Source: Bugula neritina
Taxonomy: Eukaryota; Animalia; Bryozoa
Reading direction: 5' to 3'
Length of the DNA: 64,000 bases
NCBI GenBank assembly: GCA_964035545.1
Contig: OZ037765.1
Coordinates: forward strand, 7,574,698-7,638,697
A model generated the notes under the pieces. That model did not search any database. It saw only the letters and a list, made by a program, of their open reading frames with translations, and was not told the DNA's origin. The position numbers and the translations under genes are program-made. Positions 63,959 to 64,000 of the stretch are shown here, one piece after another (positions within the stretch are counted from its first letter, which is position 1; the number at the start of each line of letters is the position of its first letter).

Positions 63959-64000
63959 CTATAGATACAATGAACTCTCCGATGCATTCATATTAATGAG

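Overview
AT-rich, intron-containing animal genomic DNA, probably an invertebrate; a lophotrochozoan is suggested by gene content, but that is inference. I spliced the genes by hand using GT-AG sites and intron phase. (1) One fibronectin type II exon (3629-3787, +), probably the end of an upstream gene. (2) A complete 8-exon Dpr/ZIG-8-type two-Ig, GPI-anchored cell-surface gene (6629-15967, +, 293 aa) with two symmetric microexons. (3) A complete 6-exon COMMD10 gene (17672-29212, +, 197 aa). (4) A complete 13-exon transmembrane class 1/6-type semaphorin (37923-30861, -, 720 aa), convergent with COMMD10, with a candidate second signal-peptide exon about 6 kb upstream and a pre-miRNA-like hairpin beside it. 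(5) The last 12 exons (63958-50887, -, about 730 aa visible) of an unusual type I membrane protein: IgGFc-binding domain, DNDCDG acidic motif pair, Ser/Thr stalk, Thr-rich collagen, five Ca-EGF units, a transmembrane helix and a YxxF tail. A 20/21-bp tandem duplication lies over the 3' splice site of its transmembrane exon. Also present are hAT and Harbinger MITEs, tRNA-derived SINE heads and microsatellites. The most interesting items are the collagen/IgGFc receptor with a possible secreted-versus-membrane switch, and the tail-to-tail COMMD10-semaphorin pair, which mirrors vertebrate COMMD10-SEMA6A as I recall it. Most ORFs in the supplied track are intronic or antisense noise. No databases were searched.
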